Shown one piece after another: positions 1 to 51,180 of a stretch of 64,000 nt of DNA. The stretch is from Octopus sinensis (Eukaryota). The DNA lies in NCBI RefSeq assembly GCF_006345805.1, contig NC_043011.1, positions 55,254,464-55,318,463 of the forward strand, written 5' to 3'. The notes under the pieces were generated by a model, which saw nothing but the letters and a program-made list of their open reading frames with translations, did not search any database and was not told the DNA's origin. Made by a program: the position numbers and the translations under genes. How positions within the stretch are numbered: position 1 is the stretch's first letter; each line of letters opens with the position of its first letter.

Positions 1-104
1 GCATCAGTTGTCAAGCGATGTTGGGGGGGACAAAAACATACACACACATATACGACGGGCTTCTTTCAGTTTCCGTCTACCAAATCCCCTCACAAGACTT
101 TGGC
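1..104 (-). mobile_element. SINE family B, partial inverted copy
   Basis: Reverse complement of the family B body seen at 34918, 58199 and 63705. Confidence 0.8.
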
Positions 105-209
105 ACCTTGGGCAAGTGTTTTCTACTGCAGCCTCAGGCCGACCAAAGCCTTGTGAGTGGATTTGGTAGACGGAAACTGAAAGAAGCATGTCATATATAT
201 GTATATATA

Positions 210-257
<48 letters not shown>

Positions 258-479
258 ATATGTATGTATGTGTGTGTATATGTTTTTGTGCCTGTGTTTG
301 TCTCCCCAACATCGCTTGACAACCGATGTGTTTACGTTCCCGTAACTGAGCGGTTCGACGAAAGAGACCGATAGAATAAATACTAAGCTTAAAAAGAATA
401 AGTCCTGGGGTCGATTTGCTCGACTAATGGCGGTACTCCAGCATGGCCACAGTCAAATGACTGAAACAAATAAAAGAAT
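102..479 (+). mobile_element. SINE family B (5'-truncated, central TA/TG microsatellite)
   Basis: Matches other copies; ends ...cagtcaaatgactgaaacaaataaaaga. Confidence 0.85.
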
Positions 480-837
480 GTGTATGCATGTGAAATTTTT
501 GAAGGGAGGTAACTTCAGCTTGAATAATAGTTATCTCCCCTGAAATAGCTTTTTTTTTTTTTTCTAGTTTCGGTTAATTTTTTTAAACTTTTAACTGAAC
601 CGTCAACGGCAGAGGTTCTCCACCGTTTTTATTTATTGACTCCTTTGATTACTATCTTATTCTGGTGGACCCCCATAACCACTCGGTGTTTAAAAACCTC
701 CTTTATAGATCTCTTCTTTTGTGTTTCCCACGTTAACTACAGTAGATTCAAACCGTGTAAAATGTTAGAGAAAGAAACCGAAGCCTCTTTCTTGCAATAC
801 ATTTAAAGCTGCATTTTTTTTAGGGGTCCTTAATATA

Positions 838-1190
838 GGGATCTTTTCGCTTTGACCGGCAGATTTTTAAAATAATTTCTATGTAACTAAAAAATTTTAA
901 ACTTCGTTTACTGGTAGAATGTGTTTATAAAACATCTTTTTCTCTTGGCTAAAAGCAGCCAGAAAATGTTACGGCAGAAATTGTGTTCACCTCAATGGAC
1001 GTCATTGATTGGTTGAAATTGCCGAAACGCAAGAAATTAAACGGCAAATATGTTACAAACTACAGAATTTTCTCAAGAAAGCCAAGAGAAAAGATGTTTT
1101 ATAAACACATTCTACCAGTATACGAAGTTAAAATTTTTTTAGTTACATAGAAATTATTTTAAAAATCTGCCAGCCAAAGTGAAAAGATCC
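838..1190. mobile_element. MITE with about 115-bp terminal inverted repeats
   Basis: Arms about 839-953 and 1079-1190 (GGATCTTTTC...GAAAAGATCC), TA-like flanks. Confidence 0.8.
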
Positions 1191-1464
1191 TAAAATACTC
1201 ATATGGACCCTGGTTGAGAACCACTGGTCTATAGAAATATCAGAAATGGAAGGCAGCACCAGATTTGGCGATTTGGGAAGATGTACGATATTTGGTAGGC
1301 TACTCTTAATATCAATCCATTGAGCATGGGAGGATGTACAAGAACAAATATAATGGATGACGTCTGGGAGAAAGTGTTATCACCAATTTGGGAACAATTT
1401 CAAAGATTTTGACATATCTGATGCAATCAAACAATTGGTGACATTATCAAACAATAACTCTGAG

Positions 1465-1833
1465 CACCTTTTTGAACTCCACCTGCCTAACACCTGTGGA
1501 CATGTTTACAAAGTCAGAAAACAGCACAGCTCCCATGACTTTCGGAAACATTTTTTTACACTAAGAGTTGCTGAAGCATGGAACAAACTGCCGGCATCAG
1601 TTGTTAGTTGTCGGAGCACTGCATCCTTCAAAACGTCCATGCTTCCTGAGATTCGCCAACACTACACCTGATTTTCTCCCTTCCATACACACGAAAACAT
1701 GTATCTGACTCATACACAGTTCACTTCCCAGACATTTGTACATTACTGCTTATACTTTATACGCACTTTTCACAAGTTGTGGTGCACCTGAGCACTGTAT
1801 ACAATAATTTCATTATTATTATTATTATTATTA
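1465..1833 (+). mobile_element. CR1-clade LINE 3' fragment
   Basis: Peptide TCGHVYKVRK...FFTLRVAEAWNKLPASVV, 3' UTR and (ATT)n tail. Confidence 0.8.
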
Positions 1834-3293
1834 TCAAAAGAACTGAACATGCTTTTGTAGCAGGAAGATTCTTATACGTTAATTGATGCTAGCAAGCAAC
1901 CACTGGCAAATGAACAGTTGATGCAGCTTCATAAACAGCAAGCAGAAGTGCACCAACTGGCACTAGAACCACAACATTTCATCAACAAAATGCAGCAAGA
2001 TTTTGTGCCTACGGAGAAATTACTTGCTCTTTTCAAGGAGATGGATTCCAAATTCTGAGTCGTTTACTAAAATTATGGGGGTTGTATCACAACACTTACG
2101 CTTCGTATACCTTGGATGACAAGAAGATTAAAACCAGTCAAGGTGTTGTAGATAAGTTGTTGCTGCACATCAAAAGTCTAAATTGGAAATGTCTAATGAT
2201 TAATTGATCGATTCCTTCCACTTTAATGCCAATACTGTATTCCACACTTCCCCACTTCTGGCCAATCAAGAGCACCAACCTCACCAATAAGATTTTAAAA
2301 AATTTTTAATATTTTATTTCAAGTTATGTCCTTTTTGGAGCTAAATCACATCTCTTAGAACTAGCCACGTAGCCAGCCAATTGCAACTGGGGGTGCTATC
2401 TTGATGGCTAGGGGTGCTGAACAAGAGTTCGGACAAATGCCCCTACTTAAAGTGTGAAAGGGCTTATATTTTTCTTTCTTTTTTTTTTCCCCCATTTCTT
2501 GACGCCTAGCTTGCTCAAAACTTCTCATATATTTCATTTTTATTTTCATTTTACTTGTTGCAATGATTAAACTGAGGCCATGCTGGGGCATCACCTTGAA
2601 AAATTTTTAGTCAAATGTATCGACTCCAATATTTATTTTAATGATTTTCAACAAGCACATAGTTAAACCTAAAAGGTCTTTCCACATGCTAGAGATAACA
2701 GCCTAATCCTTAAACATTATTTTTATATAATTTCAAATAAACAAAAACGGAAACCAAGGTTGTAAAAAAAAAAAAACACTTTCATACTTTAACTATGGGG
2801 GATTTGTTTGAGGGGCTTTTCTTCCTTTTTTACTCCTGCCCCATCATTGATATCCTCTTTTAACAGCCAGAACAATCTCATTTATTTATTCCTTTTTCCC
2901 CATTCTATCTCTAAGGCTTATATCAGCAACATTATTTTTTTAAAAAGTAGGTGCCTCTTTGAAGGAAACTTGGCTGTTGTTTATAGCAGTGTGAGTTCTC
3001 ATCTTACGAATTCTTCACTGACTTGTGACAAACTGTAAATTATCCATTAAGGAACACATACATACACACATATACACATACATACATATATACACACAGT
3101 TTTAGGTCTAAACCGAAATATTAGTAAACTTTTTTTGTTTTGTTTTTTTCATACTTCAGTGTGTCAAAAATCAAATTAAAATGAACTCATTGAAATGTTT
3201 AAATAACCGTTCACCTTCTTGCTTTTCTGTGAATTTATTAACTCTAAGTATCAAATATATTTATATCATCTATCTATCTATCAATATATATAT

Positions 3294-3640
3294 ATCACCT
3301 TGACCGACCAGTCCATCAGGCGTCCATTTGACACCACTGGTCACAGCACGCTGTCCACTCCTATCTGGATCGTGCCTTTCTCATCCACGTGATCCCAATC
3401 GTCCTCCTGAAATCGTGGAGGCCTTCCGAGTGGTCGTTTCCTCTCACACGGATACCACTCGACAACTGTGCGGGTCCACCGATTAGAGCCGGGCAATGTG
3501 TCCAGCCCATCTAAACTTGCTGTGTGTATACTCTGCGATGACATCCCTCACGCCGGACTTCTTTCTGATGATCTTGCATGCTGCCTTTTTATATCAGATT
3601 CTGATGTAAACTCTGCCACCATCACCACCACCAAACTCTT
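3294..3640 (-). mobile_element. RTE-clade LINE 3' fragment
   Basis: Frameshifted WAGHIAR / NRWTRTVVEWYPCERKRPLGRPPR; 3' end resembles SINE family C. Confidence 0.8.
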
Positions 3641-3957
3641 GCCATGCCCTTCACACAGAGTTTAATATCAAATTTACACAACAAAGATGGAATGGCAGTT
3701 TGTAAACATCTCCCCACCACCACCACCACCACCATTTGTTTTCATTAAAAAAATATTTTGAACAGGGGTTTATTATCCAAATTAACAAATGCAACATGAC
3801 CCCCACCCCCTTTTAGACATTTGCATGGACTAATGGAGCCTGCATTGAAGACAAAATCAACGTTGGCAGCATTTGAACTGAAAAGAACCAGAAAGAAAAC
3901 AATGCCATTCAGCATTTTGTCCAATGCAAGAATAATTCTGCCAACTGACCGTTTTAA

Positions 3958-4177
3958 CCCTTTTGTTACTAACCTGGCCAAAACTAGCTCTGGCTCTGTG
4001 GTAAAATGTCCTGCTTTCATAAGTTCTGAATTAAAATATTCCACCAAACCTTAGTCACAATTTGCATTCCTAATACTAGCTGAATGATAACTAAGTTATT
4101 TTACTAAATTCTTTGTTATATTCAAAGTAATTGAAAGAAACACAGAGCATCTCAAAATAAATACAGTAACGAAAGGG
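3958..4177. mobile_element. piggyBac-type MITE
   Basis: TIR CCCTTT(T/C)GTTAC flanked by TTAA at 3954-3957 and 4178-4181. Confidence 0.85.
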
Positions 4178-4544
4178 TTAAAGGCATAAAGAATGGAATC
4201 ACATGGGATCTGGGCATCACATCAATTCTGTTTCACTTCAATGAGGATAATACCATATCCTAGTTTAATCCTCACAAAGAAATTAAAATTTCTTTTCTTT
4301 TTTTTAATTTTTGAAAAGGTGTTTGAAATATAAATATTGTATAAATAATGGTTTAAATATTTGGCAGAATGAGTGACTATGTAAGAGCTCCATGGTGGTG
4401 TTGAATTCTACAGACGGTAGTTAATTAGTGTTAACCTATCTGTAAGACTGGGTAAAAAGATTCACTCTTGTGACATTCCTAGTAATTTTTACTTTTATGT
4501 TATACTTGGGGATGGTCATATTTTTTTGCCAATTAACCACACAA

Positions 4545-4927
4545 CACCATTCGAGCATGATTGTTACCTGTGTCGCCTTACTGGCACTTGTGCTGGTGGC
4601 ACGTGAAAAAAACATTTGAGCGAGGTCGTTGTCGTTGCCAGTGCCACTGGACTGACTCCTGTGCAGGTGGCACATAAAAAGCACCAACTGATCGTGGCTG
4701 TTGCCACCCTCATCTGCCAGTACCGCCTGACTGGCCCTCATGCTGGTGGCACGTAAAAGCACCCACTACACTCTTGGAGTAGTTGGCATTAGGAAGGGCA
4801 TCCAGCTGTAGAAACTCTGCCAGATCAGATTAGAGTTTCGTGCAGCCTCCTGGCTCGCCAGCCCTCAATCAAATCTTCCAACCCATGCCAGTATGGAAAG
4901 CGGATGTTAAACGATGATGATGATGAT
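4545..4927 (+). mobile_element. SINE-like family D (RTE-type 3' end, (GAT)n tail)
   Basis: Internal repeats gtggcacgtaaaaagcac; ends gcggatgttaaacgatgatgatgat; several copies in the window. Confidence 0.8.
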
Positions 4928-5517
4928 TTCAAAGAAAACCCATGACACTTGTAAATACTCAGAACCCTGTTCCACTGAACTCCTTTAACATCCCTTGTGA
5001 GCTAACAATGCTCTCAAGGAGACAGGTTAAGACCCACTGGTAGAGAGGGTCCTATACAGGCTTTGGACAAACTGTAAACTGTCCCTTAAGGGACTCACAC
5101 ACACATACACGCACGCACGCACATTCATGAAGTTCATTTTCAGAAATGAAAACCAAAACCATTTCAAAGTTTTGTGAACAAAACTAATATTTTTCAAAAA
5201 TAGCTTGAGTTGCATAAAAAGCTTTGTGACGAAAAAATAAAACACGAAACCATTTTAAAAGATAAATGTTTTAGTTTACTCTGACAATCACAGAAAAAAC
5301 AAATATCAATACAGCTTGGTGTATGTGTATGTGTGTGTGTGTATGTGTGCAATACTTGGCTAGGTGTGCATATTGCAACTCTATGGCTATACACAGAAGT
5401 GTTGTAGTGGTAGTAGTAGTAGTAGTAGTGTCAACTGAAGAAGGTATAAAGCTAGCTGCAGAGTGTTTATGATTAACAAGACTGGGAGGGGGCGGCACTG
5501 TGGGTGCAATATGTACA

Positions 5518-5553
<36 letters not shown>

Positions 5554-6367
5554 TAAGAGAGAAAGATTGGCAGACAATTCTACACATTTCAGCAAAAAGT
5601 TTTGTACAAATTTTTCAGTTATTTTTGTTTTGCAAATACAGAAAGAAAAAAATAAATAAATACATAGAAATGTCTTCTTTTTTTCTTTTTTTAAGGTGGG
5701 AAAGGAATATTATGTGGTATATGGGGGAGGAGGGATCATATGGTAGATGGGGGGTGGGGCAGGCCCAACTGAATTAAGATGAAACTTAAAATATCCTTAT
5801 GAAGGACTTTTATCAAATTATTCTATTTTATTTTCATTAAAAAAATTAAATATGACAAATAATAAAATTGAATTATCATTATTATTATTATTATTATTAT
5901 TACTGTCAGAATTTCACAACTATTCCACTTCTTGCAGTAATTTCGTGGCTATTTCGTTTATTCTTCCTTCATAAATTTCGTGATCTCAGAACTTCAGAAC
6001 AGGCTTAGTTTTTTTTTTTTTTTTTTACAAATAAGTAAAACATCAAAAGTGATACAAAGAAAGAAAAAAAGAGAAGTGAGGGGCTGGGGCGGGGAGGACT
6101 AAGAAAATAAGAAAAATGAGAGAAAAACTAAAAACACGAGGACAAGAGAAAGAATTGAATAAATCCAGTCCAAAGTCCTTTTTTTTAGTTTTATCAGTTG
6201 TTATTGAGCATTTGTTGGTGTTAACTGATCTATAAGTTGTACTGGTGGTGGTTGTGGTGGTGGTGGTAATTGTAATAGTGGCCACAATGTCATACAGCAG
6301 TGAGGTGCATTCTTAACTGATGCATTGGTCAAGTCTATTTAGTTAATAATAATAATAATGATAATAA

Positions 6368-6399
<32 letters not shown>

Positions 6400-6612
6400 C
6401 TAATTGTCTAAAATATTCCCATTAGTCAATAGTAAGAATTTGTTTGTGTGTGCATCACCATCATCATCATCATCATCGTCAGTAAGAGAAAGTCAGTTGC
6501 AGAAGTTAACTTTTTCAACGGTTGTTGTCATCATCATCATCATTATCATCATCAGAAACAGTTTAATCCCTCCACGGGGTGTTGTTACTTGACCCTGAAA
6601 GGGATTTCGACT

Positions 6613-44919
<38,307 letters not shown>

Positions 44920-46019
44920 CTGCAATGGAAATTAAAGAAATGTAATTGAATTATAACATTTTAAGATGCTAATTCTGGTATATTTTCACAAAACAGACGA
45001 TATACTAAACAACAGTTCTACTGCACAGAAAACATTGAAATTGGAAGAATCAAAGAAGTCTGTTGTTCCTTTTCTTCAAAAAATTGCTTTTTTTTTTTAC
45101 TTCTGTCTTCTCTACACATCCTTTTTTTACTACCATGATATAAAAGGTGATAAGTTGCCTTTTTATTGCTCAAAATGAAATTACCACTCAAAGTTACACT
45201 TTTTATCTTTACAAATGACAATTGATGGCGCTTACTTTTACACCCTTTGCTCAATAATTTTTGGTTATATTTTATTGATTCATTGAACTAAAATTCTGGC
45301 ATAAGTTTCCTTTTTGTCAATAAATAACGATCATACTTATAAAGCTAGTAATTTGATCGTTCAATGGACCCAATCATTCAAAAATTCCTTTGTCAAAAAA
45401 TGTCCCTTTAAACATCAAACCCTAATTAAAAAAAAAAAATTTTTTAAATAAATATCCATCTTCTATGAATGAATACTGAAGGATAAATGACCTGAGAACA
45501 GTGAATTTTCTTAGTCGTTTCATAAAAGATATACACTATAGTTGTTATAAATGTGTCATGACATTTTATAAAGATTAAAAAGGGGTTTCATTGGCTAAAA
45601 TACAATGGATTACAATGAAAAAATATGAAATTCATTTGACCAACAGAATTTATTGGAACTGAATTGAACAGAATTTATTGGTAGCAGTGTAAGTCTATTG
45701 GTGAATGTTTAAAATCAAAGTAGGTATTAACAAGGATACTTGCTAACTCCAGTATTCTTTAATATTTTCAGAAAAACTAAATATAACATTTTACGGAGAT
45801 GTACTTGCATAGCGAGTGACTTGATCTGAGATCGTGTGCTGGAATGAAAACAATTGCAGTGTGGAAGGTGTTTATAAGCTATTTAAGAAACACACAAAAA
45901 CCGTTAGATTCACTTCAACATTTAAATTCAATTTGTCAAAATATTTTCGTCGATTTGAGACCGCAACCTGTTCACTAATGAAACTTCGTGCTGCATATAA
46001 TAGGTTTAATCCACTGCCA

Positions 46020-46515
46020 TGTCAGACATCAAGATCTCCCGTGCATGCAAATTTCTTACAGCTGGAAGTGTCCTGTTATCTTTATATGGCTACGATCGAA
46101 CCAATTCTACTATATGGCTCAGAAACCTGGGCGTTATCAAAGAAGCTTGAGAGGCAGTTGGATGGAACTTACACTCGCCTCCTTATGAGAGCTCAAAATC
46201 TCTCGTGGAAGAGTCATCCAACCAAAGTACAAATATATGGGAAACTACCATCTGTATCATCTCTTGTGAAAGGTAGAAGAGTCCAGTTTGCTGGACATTG
46301 TTGTAGAGCTGAAAACGAGGTAATTTCTATTCTTCTCCTCTGGAAGCCATCTGCTCGCGATACCAGAGAGCACACACTCTCCTACTTTGATGTAATCTCC
46401 AGGGATACAGGCATCCAGCAACAGGACCTCCGTAATGCTATGATGGACCATGAAGTCTGGCATAACATTAAATTCCATTGTCTCGACCACGGTCAAACAA
46501 TGATGAAGATGATGA
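46020..46515 (+). mobile_element. RTE-type LINE ORF2 C-terminal fragment
   Basis: EPILLYGSETW...RRVQFAGHC...; ends in a short gat repeat. Confidence 0.85.
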
Positions 46516-46519
46516 CTAC

Positions 46520-46930
46520 ATTTTCACTTGGCACTGAATATTGCTGTTATCTTTGGGCTGGTGCCTCCTTTGAGTTTCTTAAATTGCTTGATCCAATTCG
46601 GAATTTAGTTGTTAACATGGTGATTCCTCTTCTTTCTACTAGACTGGAATCTTTGTTGTGCCTTTTCTATAAGCATTTTCATGGCCATTGTTCAGATGAA
46701 CTTCCTGGTCTAGTACCCTCTATTAAGGTCTTTAAAACATGTCGCCCTCTGTCAAGATCTCTAGAACTTGTCACCCACTTCTCTTCCCAGATGCGTCGTT
46801 CCTCCATTGAACTTTCTGTTAGTCATAACTCCTTTTATTCCAATAGCATCTTTCATCAAATTGCTGCTCTCTGAAATTCTCTACCATCATCTTCTTTTCG
46901 TCTGCTCTGTAATGTTCATTCCTTGAAGCT
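46520..46930 (+). mobile_element. Decayed CR1/Jockey-type LINE 3' fragment
   Basis: LCLFYKHFHGHCSDELPGLVP motif. Confidence 0.55.
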
Positions 46931-47479
46931 TCTGGTCAACTGACATCTTTTAAATCTGTAGGCCCCACTTCTTTGCCTTCTTTTTAGCCCCTTATTCTGC
47001 AAAGTGGTTTCAAGTCTTGTTTGGGACAAAAATCATATGAAACTGCAACTCAATGATATATTCTGCTCATTAACAATGAATTGATTGAATAAATGAGTCG
47101 AGTTGATTGAATAAGTCATCTTACGAAAGGGAAATCAATGCAGAGAAAAACGAAATCATTCACAATAACAACAACACCATTTTCTAAAAAGATTCTTCTC
47201 AGTTGAAAGAAGACTGAATCATGACTTGCTTTAAACCTTGGATCTGTTATTGACCGTAACAAGCCAAGGCCAGACTTACAAAAACAATAGAGGTACTCTA
47301 AAGAAACTGAGGGTGAGATAGAACACAACAATTTGATATTCTATAAATGTTGTCTTATCAGTTACTGCCTTACATGAACAAAATTCCACATGAAAATCTC
47401 CAACCAAAATACATATGAACCGTTTGCCAGCATAAAAACCCAAAAATTTTTTTTATTTCATATTCATTTTCCAGATAAT

Positions 47480-47750
47480 TTTAACTCTTTAGCTTTTAAA
47501 CTGATCATATCCAGCCCAAATATTCTACCTATTTTATATTCAAACTGACCAGATCCAACCTCTCACACCTACCCTACAATGTCCTTCTAAAAATAAACAT
47601 TCACATCATCAAAATCTTGAAATTACAAGTTATCATCATCATCGTTTAACGTCCGTTTTCGACTGGGGTCTGGGAAGCCAGGAGGCTGCACCATGCTCCA
47701 GTCGGATCTGGCAGTGTTTCTACAGCTGGATGCCCTTCCTAACGCCAGTT
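47480..47750. mobile_element. MITE fragment plus family D fragment
   Basis: Similar to the inner MITE at 29926-30146 and to the family D 3' end. Confidence 0.55.
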
Positions 47751-48969
47751 AATGCATAATTAATTAAAAACCTCTGACAGAGTCATCAGAATGCTAATTA
47801 GTTGAACTAGAGTTTTCTGCACCTCAGAATTAAATTAACGAGTTATTCATCTGGAACAGTGATAACAAAACAGCTCTAATTGAAGAAGACCCTTTCATCA
47901 ACCACACTACAACCTCGGCACAGACTTCATCTCTTCCTATCAGTATTCACTGCTTCTTCCTATAATGTTAACCTCCTTTAAACGAGCCAAATGCTGACCA
48001 CCTCCACCCACTTGACACATTTCTTTCTCTGCTAATCACCTTTCTCACAATCTTACAAAACATTTTTATATATTTGTATAAAATTTAATAATTAATATTT
48101 TGATATAATTAAAATTTTAAATTCTATTGTCTTACAAAACATTTATATATATTTGTATAAAATTTGATAATTAAAATTTTAAATCCTATTGTCAGCAATT
48201 AAACAGTTGACTAATTTCTACCACCTCTTGAAAATACTCATGCAAACTATTATTTTTTTCCTTTTTTCATAAAAAATAATCTTCTTCCATTAATACACAA
48301 GAGACGTCGGCCGAGGCTGGCAATATACCAATATGATAATCTTTCTGGTCATTCTGCCAAATTGTTCAAAACGTTTCTTCAAGCTCATAAAATTAGAAGT
48401 TTGTTACCTGGAGAATCTCCAGATGGAAACCTTATTGGAAATTCATCGTGAATTACAAAGTAAGATATTCTATTTGCCCCAGTTCGATATCAATAATATA
48501 AATTAAAGCCTGTATAAGTAAAGAAGTTTGACAATATTCTTTAATTCATTTTCTGGTTTCAGTTACTGAACTGCAGCCATGCAGGACCATCACCTTCAAC
48601 AGCTGTCCAAGAATTTGGACCTGGAGATCTCCATTTCCAGCGACTTCGAGGGCCATTTCCAAGTGGTGTCGGGCATCAACGAAGAGCCCTCGACTACAAG
48701 ACGACCAAAGTTTTTTTTTCCCCAATGTCTGGGGTCTTCTGCCCCTAAGCCCCAGACCACCACCTAATCACCCTTACCCGTCTTGTTGCTTAACAACAAC
48801 AACAACATCACCTTCAACAAAGCAACCCTAGATAATTTCTGGTACTTAAATTTTTGACTTTGGAACAGGGAGGTACTTGGTCAGCCGCCTCCTCCTCTCC
48901 CAATTAACCTAATAATATTATCCTATGTGATTACCTTTCATTGAGAGAGGTATGCAAGTGAAGGTGCAT

Positions 48970-49260
48970 CTTGGGTGGTGGTTAGGGTGTGGCTGTCATG
49001 ATGGCAAGATTGTGGGTCCCAGTTTCTAGATCAGTGGTCCTTTGTGTTCTAGAGCAAAACACTTCATCTCATGTAGCTTCAGCCCACTTGGCTGTAAGTG
49101 GGTCACAACCCTGCAATGGATTGGCGTTCCATTCAGGTTGAATGCTGGCCTGCCCTACTAAGCTGTGGGGTGGCATCCTTTGAAAACAACAACAATGCGA
49201 GGAAGTGCACTGTGATCAGCAGTGGATAATAGCATCTGAGAGTCTGATTGATATAGGGAG
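48970..49260 (+). mobile_element. Old diverged family-C-like SINE
   Basis: Degenerate tRNA head and family C-like 3' end. Confidence 0.45.
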
Positions 49261-49320
49261 GTGTGTATGTGTGTGCATGTGTACGAATACACACATGCTC
49301 ACATTCACAAATACACACCT

Positions 49321-49552
49321 ATTTCTTTACTACCCACAAGGGGTTAAACACAGAGAGGACAAACAAGGACAGACATAGGTATTAAGTCAATTACATCGAC
49401 CCCAGTGCGTAACTGGTACTTAAATTATCGACCCCGAAAGGATGAAAGGTAAAGTCGACCTTAGCGGAATTTGAACTCAGAACATAGCGGCAGACGAAAT
49501 ACCGCTGAGAATTTCGCCTAGCGTGCTAACAATTCTGCCAGCTCGCCGCCTT
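49321..49552 (-). mobile_element. SINE family A
   Basis: 12-bp TSD aaatacacacct. Confidence 0.9.
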
Positions 49553-49694
49553 AAATACACACCTGACAAGCTTTTATGCTGTTCATTGAGATCCAACATC
49601 AGAATGGTAAAATTCTTTAATTATATTCAGTTTATATCTTTATGATTGTAAATGAACATAACACTTGTTCGGCTTTTCATGATTCCGTTTGGAG

Positions 49695-49846
49695 AAGTGT
49701 TTCTCAAAGTGGTCTGTGACAATATTTTGGTGGAACGTGGCGCTTCACAATGGGACGTCAGCAAGGAATAAGTGAAAGAAAATTTGCAATAAAGTTTTAA
49801 TGAAAACTTTTTAGGGGATGCATGACAAAAGAGTTAAGAAACCCTG
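49695..49846. mobile_element. Short hAT-like MITE remnant
   Basis: Ends agtgtttctcaa / ttaagaaaccctg. Confidence 0.4.
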
Positions 49847-50282
49847 ATTTACCGCTTTAGCCCCTTGACAGTGCCCTGATGAGATTGGGTTATGCCCTTG
49901 CCTTTATTGCAATAAGGAAATAACAAGTAACTACAAGGGCACTGATGGAGATGCAGCCAAACAATCAATTTTGTAGACTTTTCAACTGTTTATATTCTTT
50001 CATTCACCAACACAGACCCTCACTGGTTCCTATTGTTTATTAGTGCTTTACTAGTTGGACTAAATTTTGATTAAGAATGGGTATAAATCATGACAACCTT
50101 CTCATCTTTTGGGGTTGAACAACAGAATCTTTCATCAACAAAAACAAATTCCTACATGAATCCTTTAAACAGACATAGCGTGCCATCTTTTAGCAGGAAG
50201 AGCCATCACTGCCACAAGATATTTACTTTGAGGTTTCTTTTAACGATGTAAAATGAGAAAAGGAAAGAAGATTATACAGTTA

Positions 50283-50510
50283 TGTTCTTTTACTTGTTTC
50301 AGTCATTTGGCTGTGGCCATGCTGGAGCACCACACTGAAAGGTTTTACTCAAACAAATCAACCCCAAAAGTTACTTTTTTAAGCCTGGTTCCCATCCTTA
50401 CCAGTCTCTTTGACAGCACTGCTACATTATGGGGATGTAAACACACCAACGCCGGTTGTCAAACAGTGATGGAGAGGAACAAACACAGACACTCACATAT
50501 ACACACACAC

Positions 50511-50567
<57 letters not shown>

Positions 50568-50668
50568 GTAAATGTAATATGTGACAATATTACATTTACA
50601 GATAAATTCCTCTATTTACATAATATCGAGGTCTCTTTCATTCTTTTGTTGTCTTACCATTTCTATCA

Positions 50669-50707
<39 letters not shown>

Positions 50708-51180
50708 GAGGCACAATGGCCCAGTGGTTAGGGCAGTGGACTCACGGTTGTAGGATCACAGTTTTGATTCCCAGACCGGGCGTTGTGAGTGTGTTTATTG
50801 AGCGAAAACACCTAAAAGATCCTCGAGGTTCCGGCAGGGGGTGGTGATCCCTGCTCTACTCTTTCACCACTCTTTCTTCTGTTGACCTGCTCGCTTAGCC
50901 AGCGGGGTGGCGTCATTCGAAGGCTTAAACAATGCGAACGCATTGTGACCAGCGATGTGTAACAACATCTGATGGTCTGGTCGGTCATGTGATTGCATGA
51001 TATATATATATATATATGCTTACAACAGGCTTCTTTCAGCTTCCATCCACCGAAGCCACTCACAAGGCTTTGGTCGGCTCATGTCTATAGTACAAGACAT
51101 TTGTCCAAGGTCCCACACAGCAGGACTGAACCCAGAACCATGTGCTTAGGAAGCAAGCTTCTTACCACACGGCCACACCT
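50283..51180 (-). mobile_element. Family B-like SINE split by a nested family C SINE (50706-51000, +)
   Basis: 3' part 50283-50510, 5' part 51020-51180; family C copy sits in the TG/TA tract. Confidence 0.75.
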
